Notes under the pieces: model-generated | The model's input: only the letters and a program-made list of their open reading frames with translations | What the model was told of the DNA's origin: nothing | Database searches by the model: none | NCBI RefSeq assembly: GCF_963921235.1 | Contig: NC_086107.1 | Span: 109,866,001-109,930,000 of the forward strand | Direction of reading: 5' to 3' | Length of the DNA stretch: 64,000 bases | Source: Mobula hypostoma | Taxonomy: Eukaryota | Part shown: positions 1 to 13,525 of the stretch, one piece after another | How positions within the stretch are numbered: position 1 is the stretch's first letter | How the letters are laid out: the number at the start of each line of letters is the position of its first letter | Program-made: the position numbers and the translations under genes

Positions 1-993
1 GCACCAGTCTAGTGAGCATTAGAATAGTCAGGCCTAGGGTCACAATGGCATGGATTGAAATTTCAATAATGGAGGGACAATGATGGAAGTGGAAATAACA
101 CCATCTGAGATCGAACAGTACACAGAGTTGAAAATTCAGCTTGGGAATAGCCGGCTTCAAGCCATCAGAGTGGCCAGAAGGGGTTGGAATTGGTGACAGG
201 CTGGGAATGGATGTTCACCTGCATAACTAGAGCTTCACACGGAACTGGAGGCAACGCGATGGAGGAGACCTGACGAAGGGTCTCGACCCAAAACATCGAC
301 TGTACTTCTTCCTATAGATGCTGCCTGGCCTGCTGCGTTCCACCAGCATTTCATGTGTGTGGTTCAAGACCTCCATGTGGCTGGAAGTGATCAAGATGCA
401 GCAGGCAGTTGTGCAACAAGGGGGCCAAGGACATGGCTGCTAGGTTGAAGGTTCTACCCGAGCCGACTGCCTGCCCCTCTTCTGGGGCTACATTTGTGCC
501 ATACTGCATGCGATCACTATGGATATAGCGGGGAAATTCTTTAGCCAGAGAGTGGTGAACTTGTGGAATTCATTGCCACAGGCAGCCGTGGAGGCCAAAT
601 ATTTAAGGCAGAGGCTGATTGGTCCGGGCACGAAGGGAAACGGGGAAAAAGGCTGGAGATTGGAAAAGAAAACAGATGAGCCGTGATGAAATGGTGAAGA
701 TTCGATGGGCCAAATGGCCTAATCTGCTCCCACATTGTTCATTTCAATTTCAACATGATTTGTGTTTTTTTTCCTTTCTCATGTGCAACAGGTATTGGTC
801 TTTTAATTCTATTTAATTGTGTTCTTTCAAGTTTTCTTGCTTTGTAAGCAGACAAATCACAAGGCGTACAATTTATACATTCTTTGATAATAAATGTACT
901 TTGAATCTTTGAATATTTTAAGGTGTTATGGCCTTATTTCCAGGAATGGTGGGCCCCCGCAGGGAATATAGATGGAAATAATTGAATTACCAC

Positions 994-1218
994 CTATATT
1001 AACAGTACTGGAATCCCTAACCTTTGTATGCATTTTGTGTTTAAGTTTTGTAGGTTTGTAAATAAAAAGGGCACGTCTGCAGACTTGAGGAAATGATGTT
1101 CAGGAACGGAAGAGGAGCAATGAAGCTGCCCGAGACCCTTAGCTCCAATCTTGCAGAAATGAAAACTGAGCCAGGGCAATCCCAATGAATTGGACAATGA
1201 AGAAGAGGCAATGGAATT
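994..1218 (-). CDS. candidate long terminal exon of KCTD17-like gene
   Basis: Acceptor gttgttctttgttgCAGTAG. The distal AG opens 74 codons in phase 0 ending CIQRLGIPVLLI*, reminiscent of the human KCTD17 C-terminus (..LQGLGVPI, from memory). Confidence 0.35.
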   Translation of the reverse strand, partial: NSIASSSLSNSLGLPWLSFHFCKIGAKGLGQLHCSSSVPEHHFLKSADVPFLFTNLQNLNTKCIQRLGIPVLLI

Positions 1219-1501
1219 CTACTGCAACAAAGAACAACACGGGTATAGAGACTCATTCATAGAGGTCAGTGTGCACACATGTACACACATGACATACAAA
1301 GAGGAAACATACACACACACACACAGACTTGTGCACAAGCATACTCCCACAGGAACCAAAGCTCTACTTATTCACCCTGAGGCTAGAACCTGCTCTGTGG
1401 GGTATTGCCGTCAGATCTACCACACACAAATGCAGAAATGATCCCACCACCAGCTCGTTCTACATCACTATCAGTTCTCACCACCGTATATGAGTTACAG
1501 T

Positions 1502-1546
1502 TTAGTCCCCGTCATTCATATCACAATCAGCTTCCTCGTCCTCGCC
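1502..1546 (-). CDS. candidate short acidic alternative terminal exon of KCTD17-like gene
   Basis: In phase 0 after an AAG it reads GEDEEADCDMNDGD*, acidic like the segment after exon 5 in human KCTD17. An upstream pyrimidine tract and two TGCATG motifs are present, but the acceptor is weak. Confidence 0.3.
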   Translation of the reverse strand, partial: GEDEEADCDMNDGD

Positions 1547-3041
1547 CTTTATCCAGCATGCAGCATGCACAAGGATTCAAATGTCAAACAGGAAAGACAA
1601 AATGACTACAGATTAAGAAACCAATAACTTTTACAGTTTTTTTTTTAAAAAACACTTTCAAGTTTCAAAACAAGTTATTTCCACTTTTCCTGGCAACATT
1701 AAATGCTTCCATTTGGTTTAGAGTCCACTTCGTCTCAGAGTAATCCCACTCTGTAATGTATTCTCCGCTATTTCCCTCAATTCTTCCCTATCCCAACACT
1801 CCCTTACAAGGGGGGCAAGTTACTGCGTCCAATTTACCAACAACTCCACTCATCTTTGGGATTGGTTGGGATGAAGCGGGTGCACTCAGAGGAAACCCAT
1901 GCAGCTACGGAGAGAACGAGCAAACTCCACACAGAGAGCAGCGGAGGTCACGATACAATATGGGTCGCTGGCACTGTCTGACACCGTGTAAGGTCACTCA
2001 GATGCATTGTGGGTCCTCTGGTGAGTGGAGAACCAGCTCCGCCGAGACAATGCAGAGTCGTTGCCATCACAACAGTCATGGAGGGTGTGGGAGTGGGCAA
2101 CTTCCATTATCAACAGGTCTGTCAGATGTTTTTATTTAAAACTCACTCACTACCACTATACTTGCAGCAAGTGCAACTCATGTAGCCTCTTTTTTTTTTA
2201 TATAATATAGCCTCCCCTTTTGTCATGATAAGGCCTAACTCAGGGTGGAAGAGCGTCTTATATTCTGTCTAGGTAGCCTCCAAACTGATGGCATAAGTAT
2301 TGATTTATGCCATCAAGTTGGAAGTTACCTAGATGGAATATGACATTAACTCCTTCCAGTAATATATTGTTCCTCTTCTTTCATTTCCCACTTGACCTCC
2401 TACCTCTTCTCCTCACCTGCCTATCACTTTCCCCTGGTGACCCTCTTTCATCCTTTTCTCTCATGGTCCACTCTCCTTTCCCATCAGATGCCTCCTTCTC
2501 CAGCCCTTTTCCTTTCCCACCCATCCCCTTAAGGATAAAGAGAAAGATTAGCTTTTTGTCACATATACATCGAAAAGTACAGAGAACTGCATCATTTGCC
2601 TGAAATCAAATCAGCGAGGATCATACTGGGCAGCCCACAAATGTTGCCACACTTCCGGCACCGATAAACATGCCCACAACTTACTAAACTGTGCGTCTTT
2701 TGCGGAAAGCACAGCACCCGAGAGGAACCTCACGTAGTCACGGGCTGATGGTACAAACTCCTTACAGGCAGCGACAGGAACTGGACCCCAATCGGTGGCA
2801 GGAGCCACAAAATGACGCGCTACTATGTTTATGGATTGAGACTTCAGCACGAGTCTTTACGATAGCTTTTACTTGACCATCACTAATGATTGTCCAATCG
2901 GGGTCCAATTCCCGCCCCTGCCTGTAAGGAGTTTGTACCATCAGCTCGTGACTACGTGAGTAAGTTCACTCTTCAGACCGAGTGGTTGCCAATCACCTCT
3001 GCCCAACCACAATGTCACCATGCAAAACACACCCAGCTCAC

Positions 3042-3167
3042 CTTCGCTTTTCGACTCGGTTCACAGCTTATCCCGTTGGTGGTGTTGTGTAGCTCCTTGG
3101 AAACAACACATAGAAACTCTGCCTGGTCTTCATTGCCATAGTTGTAGGAAGATCCAATGCTGACCAA
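3042..3167 (-). CDS. KCTD17: KCTD17-like coding exon 5
   Basis: tttcAG acceptor; [48 protein letters not shown] donor; 126 nt. Confidence 0.93.
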
Positions 3168-3899
3168 CTGAAATGAGAGCAGCGTGCACTGATATAGCCA
3201 TCGAATGCAGAGGCCCGTGGCATGCCAAGAGGCTGAAGCACAATGATCACTGAACCACAATGAAGGAAGTTACGTGGGATCACTCCAGGCTTAAGGAAGG
3301 GAGGTAGATAGACAGATGGCATCAAGGAAGAAAGTCCACGGACCGGAGTCCAAACAGCTGCCAACGGGGAAAGGGGAGGGAAAATAGTTTAAAGCAAAAT
3401 TCTTTGGAGCTCAGGGGAAGAGTGAGGGAATAGGATTCACGATGAGGCCACACTCAGGTTAGAGGAGCAACACCTCATATTCCATCTGGGTAGCCTCCAA
3501 TCTGACAGCATGAACATCAATTTCTCGAACCTCTGGTGATTTCTCCCCCCTCCCCCTCTCTTTTTCCATTCCCCATTCTGGCTCCCCTCTTACCCCTTCT
3601 CTTCTCACTTGCCCTTCTCCTTCTTAAGGTGCCCATCCTCCCTCCTCTTCACCTATAGCCCACTCTCCTCTCCTTTCAGATTCCTTCTTCAGCCCTTTAC
3701 CGTTTCCAGCCAACACTTGCCAGCTTCTCACTGCATTCCACTCCCCCACCATCCCTCTCACCTGGCCTCACCTATCACCTCCTTTTATGTACTTCTCCCC
3801 CGTCCCCTCAACCTTCTTACTTTGGAATTTTCCCCCTTCCTTTCCAGCCCTGATAAAGGTCCTTTGTCTGAAACGTCATCTCTTTATTCCTCTCTGTAG

Positions 3900-4818
3900 A
3901 TAGAGCATAGAACAGTACAGCACATCAACAAGTCATTTGGCCAACAATGTTGTGCTAAACCAATTAAATTAGTAATCAAATGGCCAACTAAACTAATCCA
4001 TTCTGCCTATAAAAGCTCAATATACCTCTGGTTTCCTCACATCCACGTGCCTATCTAAACATCTCATGTACCTGCCTCCCTAATGCACCACCCCAGGCAG
4101 CATATTTCAGGCACCCGCCACTCCATGTTAAAAAAAAATGCCCTTCACATTTTCTTTGAAATTATTCCCCCTCATCTTAAATGCATGCCCTCAAGTATTC
4201 GGTATTTCAACCCTGGGGAAAAGGTACTGTCTATCTACTCCTCTCATAATTTTATAAACCTCTATTGGATCTCCCCTCAGCCGCCACAGAAAACAACCCA
4301 AGTTTGTCCAAACTCTCCGTGCAGCACATGCAATCTAATCCAGGCAACGTCCTGGTAAACCTTTTCTGCACCTTCTCCAAAGCCTCAACATCCTTCCTGT
4401 AGTGGGGCGACCAGAACTGTATGCAGTACTCCAGGCATGGCCTAACTAGAGCTTTATAAACTGCAACACAACTTCCTGACTTTTGAACTCAATGCCTCAA
4501 CTATTAAAGGCATGCATGTCATATGCCTTCTTAACCCCCCTATCAATCTGTGTGTAGGCACTTTCAGGGAGCTATGAACTTACATCCCAATGTCCATCTG
4601 CTCATCAACACTGTTAAGAGTCCTGCCCTCTACTGTCTCTTTACATTTGACCTACCGAAGTGCAGCACTTCACATTTGGCCAAGTTAAACTCCATCTGCC
4701 ATTTCTCTGCCCATATCGGCAACTGATCTATATCTGTAATCTTTGTCAGTCTTCTGCGGTATTCACAACACTACCAATCTTTGTATCATCTGCAAACTCA
4801 CACGTACATTTTCATCCA
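3900..4818 (-). mobile_element. decayed CR1 3' fragment inserted in a PLE-derived repeat
   Basis: CR1 ORF2-end nucleotide motifs; it splits the PLE 3' unit, which resumes at 4819 (gatgctgcctgacctgctgag). Confidence 0.7.
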
Positions 4819-5265
4819 GATGCTGCCTGACCTGCTGAGTTCCTCCAGCGTTTTGTACATGCTGAGTGGAATTGAATGTTTTTAATTTTAAATATATATA
4901 GGGAGTAGTAGGACTCAAGCGCCAAACAGCTTCTGATGATGGTGCAACAAGTCTATAATTCTGTTCCAGTCCTGATGAAAGGTCTCAACCTGCAATGGTA
5001 ACTGTTCTTTTTCCTCCCTAGATGCTGAGCTCCTCCATTATTAATCTGTTTCTTTGTCCTTCAGAGTAGTGCATGCACCACTCTAATAGAGTCCTGTTGC
5101 TTCCTGTCAACTGCTCCTAATTCACTTCTAGATGGATTACACACATTGTGTTTTTGGCGGGAGGTTGTAGGGGAGTAGCGATGCTGAGTCTCAGCACTTT
5201 ATAAAGGGTCAGGATAAGTGAAAGGATCCCACTGTTCCTGACACCGAGAGAGTTGGGAGCCTCAC

Positions 5266-5361
5266 CTGCTCAAACTTCCAGCCGTCAGACATAGTGGAAA
5301 CCATTTGTGTCAGCTCTTCCTCCTGACACTGGAGAACTCGGTAAACATGTTTTGTAGGAAT
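5266..5361 (-). CDS. KCTD17: KCTD17-like coding exon 4
   Basis: ctgcAG acceptor; [38 protein letters not shown] donor; 96 nt. Confidence 0.93.
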
Positions 5362-5844
5362 CTGCAGAGATACAACAGGAAGGTATTGGTTAACAATTTC
5401 CATTAAACTGCAGCATTTGTACCTCATCCGTACTGATGGCTACCCTATATTCCTCATCACAAGGCCAATGCTTTGGTTAGTTGCATAATTCTGCTTCGGA
5501 ACAAGGAGTAATGAGCTTAAGCTAATTACATCTCAGGTTCAATTGAACCATGTTCACTTCTGTAAAATAACAGATTAAGATTAGATTTGTCACATGTGAA
5601 TCAAAACACACAGTGAAATGTGTCACTTGAATCAAGACCAACACAATACGAATGCGCTGGGGGCAGCCCACAAGTGTCACCGTGCTTCTAGCACCAACAA
5701 AGCATGCCTACAAACTTACTAACCCAAATCATTTGTCTTTGGAACATGAGGGAAAACTGGAACACCCAAAGGAAACTCGTGTGGTCAAAGGAAGGACGTA
5801 CAAAATCCTCACAGACCATGGCAGGAATTTAACCCTAATCACTA

Positions 5845-6215
5845 GTGTTGTTCCTCCAAGAGGACCACAACCTTGTCGTGGTTTGCGTCCCTCAATGACC
5901 CGGAGAGCTATGTTGGCTGGAGTCAGGGCCTTGTGCTTTGGCTCTTGGCAGGGTCATCCATGCCAAACAGGTCAAAGGGTAGCGGCCGGACTAAGAGTGG
6001 TCCACCGGTCCTCCAGGTTTGGGGGTTCAACTCAGGGCTAATAGCCCTTACTGGTAAAACAAAACTGTAGCGGAAACAGCAATGAAGAATCCTTGACAAT
6101 ACCGAAAACCAAGAGGAAGCTCCTGACACAATGAAGGAAGACCAGAACACCACCAGAGATGAGGACTTTCACTGCTGCCCTAAACGTTAAATGGCGTAAC
6201 TGGAGCCATAACAGC
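5845..6215 (+). mobile_element. bipartite RTE-derived non-autonomous element nested in a SINE
   Basis: RTE 5'-UTR-like CCTTGTCGTGG...CAATGACCC..GAGCTATG fused to an RTE-like 3' end (GCTGCCCTAAAC); related pieces at about 19770-20050 and 39960-40210. Confidence 0.55.
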
Positions 6216-7427
6216 ATTAGGCTAACCACTACGCTACTGTGCCGCCCTTGATGGGAGCTCTCTTACACAGAGAAATTAGTCATACATAAAGCCATTAGGA
6301 CTCTGGTTTATTTTAGTACAATATTTCCTTTCCTGGGGTGTACGGGGTGTCCAGGGAGGGGTAGCACCTCTGGTGAAGGGACTTGTCATGTCCATTCCAG
6401 GGCATCTCACTTATCTTTGGTCCCGACAGGACACTCAGCTCTGGCCTCTGGCTCCAAGTAGCTGTTTGCATGGGACAGTGCCCACACTCCAGTACACACC
6501 GAACTAAACCAGGGGAAGAGTAGCTGGCAGCTTCATACACTGGGAAGGTAGGGACATGCCTGTCCCAGCATGCCAAGTCAGCTCTGGTGGACTGGGTGGA
6601 TGAGATCTACAGGCAGATCAAACAGCCAGGAAGCCAGTACTTGCAACACTCCATGGAGAGTGGGGAGACATGACACAGTACAGACGATGCCATAGTCACC
6701 CACTGCAACCAAGGAAGACACCAGTTTGCGACGCTTGTTTGTAACACTGGGGTTAGACTTCGGAGGTCGCGAGAGTGGAACTGCCTCAGCGCAACGGCTT
6801 TTCCACTTTAAAAAACCCTACCGCACAGGTTTCCTGTCATCTTTGGATAGCCACCATTTCCTTTTCAACAAATAATCAAGACCATGGAAGTAGAGGTGCT
6901 GCTGTGAGCACCTCGAAGGAAGTAAAGAAGCTTTCTTTGTAATTGCACTTGTGTGCTGGGCCCAGGACAGATCCTCGGAAATGATACCACCAAGGAATTT
7001 AAAGTTGCTGACCCTCTCCACCTTTGATCGTCCAGTGAGGACTGGCTCATGGACCTCCTCCTGAAGTCAATAGTTTTGAATGAGAGGTTGTTGTTGTGGC
7101 ACCAATCAGATTTTCTATCTCCCTCCTCTATGCTGATTCAGTACCACCTTTGATTCGGTCAAGTTCAAATATGGCATCGGAGTTGTGCTTAGCCACACAG
7201 ACACGAGTATAAACTAGTTAAGAAACTGATTTTTCACACCATCACTGCTAATGTCACAGCTTTCCAGTCAGACTTTTAGATAGGATTGCCTGAACAGCCA
7301 AGGTCCAATAACAATTATAGACATAGCCATAAAGTGCCGCAGCACAGATACAGGCCCTTTGGCCCATCTGGTCTGCACCATACTGTTATTCTGCATAGTC
7401 CCATTGACCCTCAAAGGATATTTTGGC

Positions 7428-8076
7428 GGGAGGAGAAGATGGCGGCGCGACGCAGTGTGCGCAGCCTCTCCGGTGAATGATATCTAATCTGTCAAGTAGG
7501 GTGCCGTGCACAATTCTGATTTGATGGAGGAAGACGTGAGAGCACGGAGGAACATCTGGTGAAACTTCCGAAATGCCTGCTTTGCTGCTGCCGCTACTGT
7601 ATGATCTGAAATCTCCGGAGGGGAAGGCCCCGAATCCTCGGCTTTGCCTGTTGTTTGGCGGCCTGGGCCGAGGTCAAAGCGCTCGGCAGAGATGGTGCTC
7701 GGTGTCGGAGGCTCGGACAGACTCAGAGTTGGACTGTGGTTGGGTGTTTCCAGGACGCCGCATCGGCAAGTTTGCAGCACTGGAAGCTCATGGCAGGGAG
7801 AGTTTTCTCTCTTCTACTGGCTGCGTGAGATGATGGGCTATAGGGATTTTGATTCTTTTTTTTTTACCGTGCCTATGGTCTGCTCTTATCAAATTACAGT
7901 ATTGCTTTGCATTGTTGTAACTATATGTTATAATTATGTGGTTTTTATCAGTTTTAGTCTTGGTCTGTCTTGTGTTTCTGAGATAGCATACTGGAGGAAC
8001 ATTGTATCAGTTTTTATTGCATGCATTTCTAAATGACAATAAAACGAGGACTGAGTGTCCTCATAATCTAATCTAA
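7428..8076 (+). mobile_element. unclassified about 650-bp non-autonomous retroposon, copy 1
   Basis: Starts GGAGAAGATGGCGGCG (YY1-like) and ends AATAAA...(ATCTA)n; homologous to 42941-43627 and 49311-49926. Confidence 0.8.
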
Positions 8077-8112
8077 TATTTGAGGAAGTACATTAACAGG
8101 AAGGGTTTAGAG

Positions 8113-8193
8113 CAGGGGTTCCCAACTTTTTTTCATGCCATGGACCAATACCATTAAACAAGGGGTCTATGGACCCCAGGTTGGGAACTCCTG
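8113..8193. mobile_element. about 80-bp hAT MITE
   Basis: CAGGGGTTCCCAAC...GTTGGGAACTCCTG; degenerate 8-bp TSD gtttagag/gctttgag; related copy at 31439-31520. Confidence 0.75.
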
Positions 8194-9437
8194 GCTTTGA
8201 GGGATATTGGTCAAATGGGACTATCTTAGATGGACATTTTGGTCGGAATGGACAAGTTGAGCTGAAGGGTCTGCATTAGTGCTGTTATTCTGTGACTCTT
8301 CATAGAGTTTTGGTCACCTACCTACAGGAAAGATGTGAATAAGTATAGAGAAAATTTACAAGGATGTTGCTGGGTCTGGAGGACCTGAATTATAAGGAAA
8401 GATTGAATAGGTTAGGACTTTAATCCTTGGAACACAGAAGAATGAAAGGAGATTTATTAGAGGTATACAAAATTAGGGTATAGATAGCGTAAATGTAAGC
8501 AGGCTTTTTGCACTAAGGTTGGGTGCAAGTTAAGAGGGAACACAAGGGGAAATTCTTCACTCAGAGGATCATGAGAGTGTGGAACGAGCTGCCAGCACAA
8601 GTGGTGCATGCAAGCTCATTTCAACATTTAAGAGAAGTTTGGATAGGCACATGGATGGTAGGGGTACGAAGAGCTATGGTCTTGGTGCAGGTCGATGGGA
8701 GTAGGCAGTCTAAATGGTTTGGCACAGACTGGATGGGCCAAAGGGCCTGTTTCTGTGCTGTACTTTTCTATGACTGAAGTCCCTTTGCATCTGATTTTTA
8801 AAATGTTCTCCCTGAAAATAGCCTATGCCTTTATTCTTTCTATCAAAGTGTATAACCATACACTTCCCAACACTATTATATCTGCCACTACTTTGCCCAT
8901 TCTGCCAACCTTCTGCAGACTCCCTGCAGAATCAGCCACATCAGAACACATTCAGAAAGAAGAAAGAAGAAACAAGTCATCTTCAACCACAAGAATGGGA
9001 AATCAAGTGCTTCAGTTTCCTCCCACAGTCCAAAGACGTACCAGTTAGCAGGTTAATTGGTGATTGTACATTCTACTATGATTAGGCTGGGGTTACATCA
9101 GGGGTTGCTGGTTGGTGTGGTTCAAATGCCTGGAGGGACCTGTGCTGTGCTGTGTCTCTAAACAAAATAAATAACATGCTCAAGTCAACGATGACAAACA
9201 AGCCACAGTGACAATGTTCTACCTGGCCCTGCACCACCAAGCAGGTTCAATAAAAAGGAGAACGGTTCCTAATCCTTGTTCTAGGCATAGACTAGTCAAC
9301 TGAGCCTCACCAGATGATCAAACAGCCAGCAGACATTTCATTCATGTATAGGATGTGGGTGTCATTGGCAAGCCCAGAACTTGCCGTCCATCCTTAATAC
9401 AGAGGTGATAGTCCAATCGTCCACTCTGTTTCCTTAC

Positions 9438-9529
9438 CTGTGTGGGCTTGCAATCCCTTTCTTTGATCTTCTCTTTCACTAATTTGATCAAAGGCGCAAT
9501 GTTGTAAAACTCCGCTTCTTCCAGAACCC
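9438..9529 (-). CDS. KCTD17: KCTD17-like coding exon 3
   Basis: ttgcAG acceptor; (G)VLEEAEFYNIAPLIKLVKEKIKERDCKPTQ; GTAAGG donor; 92 nt, phase 1 to 0. Confidence 0.93.
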
Positions 9530-12500
9530 CTGCAACAGAGAAATATTCTGTCACCACGGACCTGCACGCAACTCAGATATGTGATTTGGTGCTACTCTGA
9601 CAGGGTTTTACAAAGCACACATCTGAAGCTATTATTTTCAAAATAACCATATATAATTGTATTACTTTTAACACTGGTTTTCTAGTAGTTTAGTTCCCAT
9701 CCTCAGCTTCGGTTTGCTGCTACCAGCCAGCGAGAAGCTGTTGGTATTGATGGTTGTCCATCGTGTCTGACGGTGACAGGAAAGCTGTACGGGAGAGCTT
9801 TTAAAGTGGAACAGCCATTGCACTGGAGCAGCTTCACTCTTCATCGCGCTTCCTGAGGATCCCTACCACCCCCACCCCCCAGGACTATCCCTCTTCTGCA
9901 CTGCTGCCACAAGTTTCACGAAATACGCGACTGATTATAAGCATGATTGTGATAGAAAGGATACCACAAAACTGAAAGCTGAGATGGCCTAAAACACTGA
10001 GTTGATTTAATTCTTTGCATTGAACCACAGAAAACGCGCTGAAGGATAATCAGGTCAGTAATTATACCCACTGGTCCACTGTATTCCTGAACTTTGAAGC
10101 ACTGCCTCAGAAATGTCCAATTTATTTCCACCACCCAGTCACGCTGCCCACATTAGAAATTTTCCCAACTCAGTCCATTTCTGTACCACAACAGCAAAGC
10201 ATGCTGGAAAACAGAATCAGAAAAATTTGCTGGAGATCCCCGGATCAACACCAAAGTAAATTATTATCACAGTACATGTATCGCACCATATAGAACCCTG
10301 AGATTCGTTTTCTTGCAGGCATACTCAGTAAATTCAAGAAACATAATTGAATCAATGAAAGACAGCACCTATCAGGACGGACAAACAACCAACGAGCAAA
10401 AGGCAACAAATTGTGCAAATACAGAATAGAAAAAAAATAATAAATAAGCAATAACTAGAGAACAAGATGAACGAGTCCTTGAAAGTGAGCCCACAGATTG
10501 TGGGAAGAGTTCAGTGATGGGGTGAGTAAAGTTATCCCCTCTGGTTCAAGAGCCTGAAGGTTGAGGGGTCATAACTGTTCCTGAACCTGGTGGTGCAAGT
10601 CCAGAGGTTCCTGTGCCTTCCTTCCTGATGACAGCAGCCAAAAGAGAGTATGGCCTGGGTGGTGGGGGTCCGTGATGATGGATGCTGCTCTCCTGTGACA
10701 GGATCATAATGAAGGAACTGGAGATAAATAAATCGATAACCTTTAGCCCAAAGGTCAAATCTATGACTGGCAAGTCTTGAGGTGAAGTTAGAGGCCAGAT
10801 GTCTGTGAGCCTGAGAGGTTGGGGCCAAGGACTGGAAGCCCGGAGGCAGCCTGTCCGGTGGGGGTAGGGGGTGAAGGGGGCTGTATGTGTGTAAGTAAGG
10901 AGATGGGTGGGTGGGAGAGGGTGTGAAAGGGACTTGTTTTGCTACTGTTGTGTTCTGATGTTGCTTGTGTTGTTCTGCTGGACACTGAGGGCAAGCTACA
11001 TTGGTGCCAGAATGTGTGACAACGGCTGAATGTCCTAATTATGCTCCTATGTCTTTTTTTTAAACAATAGGTGCAGGAGTAGGCCATTCGGCCCTTCAAG
11101 CCAGCACGGCCATTCGGCCCTTCAAGCCAGCACTGCCATTCACTGTGATCATGGTTGATTATCCACAATCAGTACCCCAAGTACTTATGGACACTTACAG
11201 GCTGCCCCCGGCACATTCTTGGGTGTGTTGATTGTTAAGGCAAATGACATAGTTCACCGCATGCTTTAATGTACATGTGATAAATAAATCTGTATTTGGT
11301 CTTTACACCATTTGTAGAAATATCAAGGCTCATCTGTTTCCTCAAGCTGCGGACATGCAGTAACTGAAATGCCCCCGTGCACATAGCCTTTTGTTACATG
11401 CAGCTAGAAAAAGTTTACAAAACGCGAAATGTTTTCTTTGTTGTACTGTATTTCATTATAACCTTCAATTAATACATAAAATCTAAAGTACATGAATTTC
11501 CATTCTAAATATTCATGCATATTACAAAAAAAAGCTTTAAAGAGCTGCGCAGTTTTCAGGTCATGTGAAAATTTCCTCCCTAGAGCTACAGTTGGCTTGC
11601 ATAGCTGCAAAGAAAAATTAGAGTGAACATTGGCAGGAAGTCACTTGACTCACTGGTTCACTGCTGGTTGTCTAGGTAAAGCAATACCTTAGCCCTAGTT
11701 AACCCAAAACATTAGCTGCTGCTGACCAGCTAAGCAGGTAAAGCATTTTCTCTTTTGTTCCATTACCTCCTGCAATTCTGAATGTGTACTTTAACATTTG
11801 AATTATTCCCTGAAGCGAAGAACTTAAGAACGTCACATGGAGCTCCCAAATTGTTCTCTGAAAGGCCAATAACAAGCAAGTGTTCATTTAACACACATCA
11901 AAGTTACTGGTATTTGATGTGTGTTGCTTGAATTTCCAGCATCTGCACAATTCCTGTTGCAAGTGTTCATTTAGTTGAGTTTGAGGAGATTTGGTTTGTC
12001 AACTAAAACACTTAAAAATTTCTACAGATGTACCTTGAGCATTCCGACTGGCTGCATCACCGATGGGTGGGGGGGGGGAGGGGGTGCTACTGCACAAGAC
12101 TGAAGTTGTAAAAACTTGCAGAATTAGTCAGATCCATCCTGGGTACTAGCCTCCATAGTATCCAAGACATCTTCAAGGAGCGGTGCCCTAGGAAGGCAGC
12201 GTCCATCATTAAGAACCAATACCCAGGACATGCCCTCTTCTCATTGTTACCATCGGGAAAAAGGTACAGAAACCTGAAGACACACACTCAGCAATTTAGG
12301 AACAGCTTCTTCCCCTCTGTCATCCGATTTCTAAATAGTGTTCGTGGGTTCAATGTCTATCTCATTACTCTTTTTATTTGTTTTTTTTTAAACACTACTT
12401 AACCATTTAATGGACATATATACTTACAACAATTCAATTTTTTCTCTATATTTATCACGTACCTCAATGTACTGCTGCTGTAAAGTTAACAAATTTCACG

Positions 12501-13525
12501 CCATGTGTCGGTGATAATTAAACCTGATTCTGAGGAGTTATTCAGTTACGAGCGATGAAATTATGGGGTTATACTATTAAAACAGAAATGAGAGGTCGAG
12601 AAAAGCCTTCAAATACCATATGCAACCCATTTCTAAAGTACTTTGTTGTAGGAACAAGCATTTTACACAGCTAAAATAATGTACAAGTGGTGAATGACAA
12701 TGAGGAAAGAGTGGGAGGAGTCCTTCACGGAGGATGAAGTGGTTTACTGCGAGAAATGTTTATGCCAGAGATTACTGACTGTTTAAGGACACTCATTCCC
12801 AGAACGGCACTACGAACAACAGTGGTCTGACCTGGGTTTTATTCCGACCACTGTAGGGAGTTTATACAGTTTTCCTGTGACCACATGGGTTTCCTCCAGA
12901 CACTTTTTCTGCCACATTCTGAAAAGATGTGTGGGTTTGGGTTTGACAAATTGTGGGCACATTACGCTGGTGCCGGAAACATAGTGACTCGTGTCTCTTA
13001 CGGGCTGCTTCCAGCACATCTTAGCCTCGTGTTGATCGTTGATGCAAAATGACGTATTTTACTTTATGTTTCAATATACACGTGACAAGAAACATATTTT
13101 TGGTCTTGACGACACTGGGTGCAAGGTTGTTGCTGTAAACCACTCAACTAGTATATCTCACTCCTGTATACCCTCTTGTCAGCATCTGAAATTCTGCCAA
13201 CAATAGTTGTACCACCAGCTAATTTATAGATGGCATTCGAGCTGTGCCTAGCCACACAGTCATGGGTAGAGAGAGAGTAGAGCAGTGGGCTGAGCGCACA
13301 TCCCTGAGGTGCACCAGTGTTGATCGTGAGCCAGGTGGAGATGTTATTTCCGATTCACACAGATTGTCGTCTTCCGGTTAGGAAGTCAAGGATCCAGCTG
13401 CAGAGGGAGGTACAGAGGCCCGGATTCTGGAGCTTTTCGATCAGAACTGTAAGAATGAATGTGTTCAATGTTGAGCTGTAGTCAATAAACAGCATCCTGA
13501 CATAGGTATTTGTATTTGTCTAGGT

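Noticed and set aside
11082..11133. 26-bp tandem duplication GGCCATTCGGCCCTTCAAGCCAGCAC
   Set aside because: It is local slippage in a CR1 3'-end fragment, with no sign of function.
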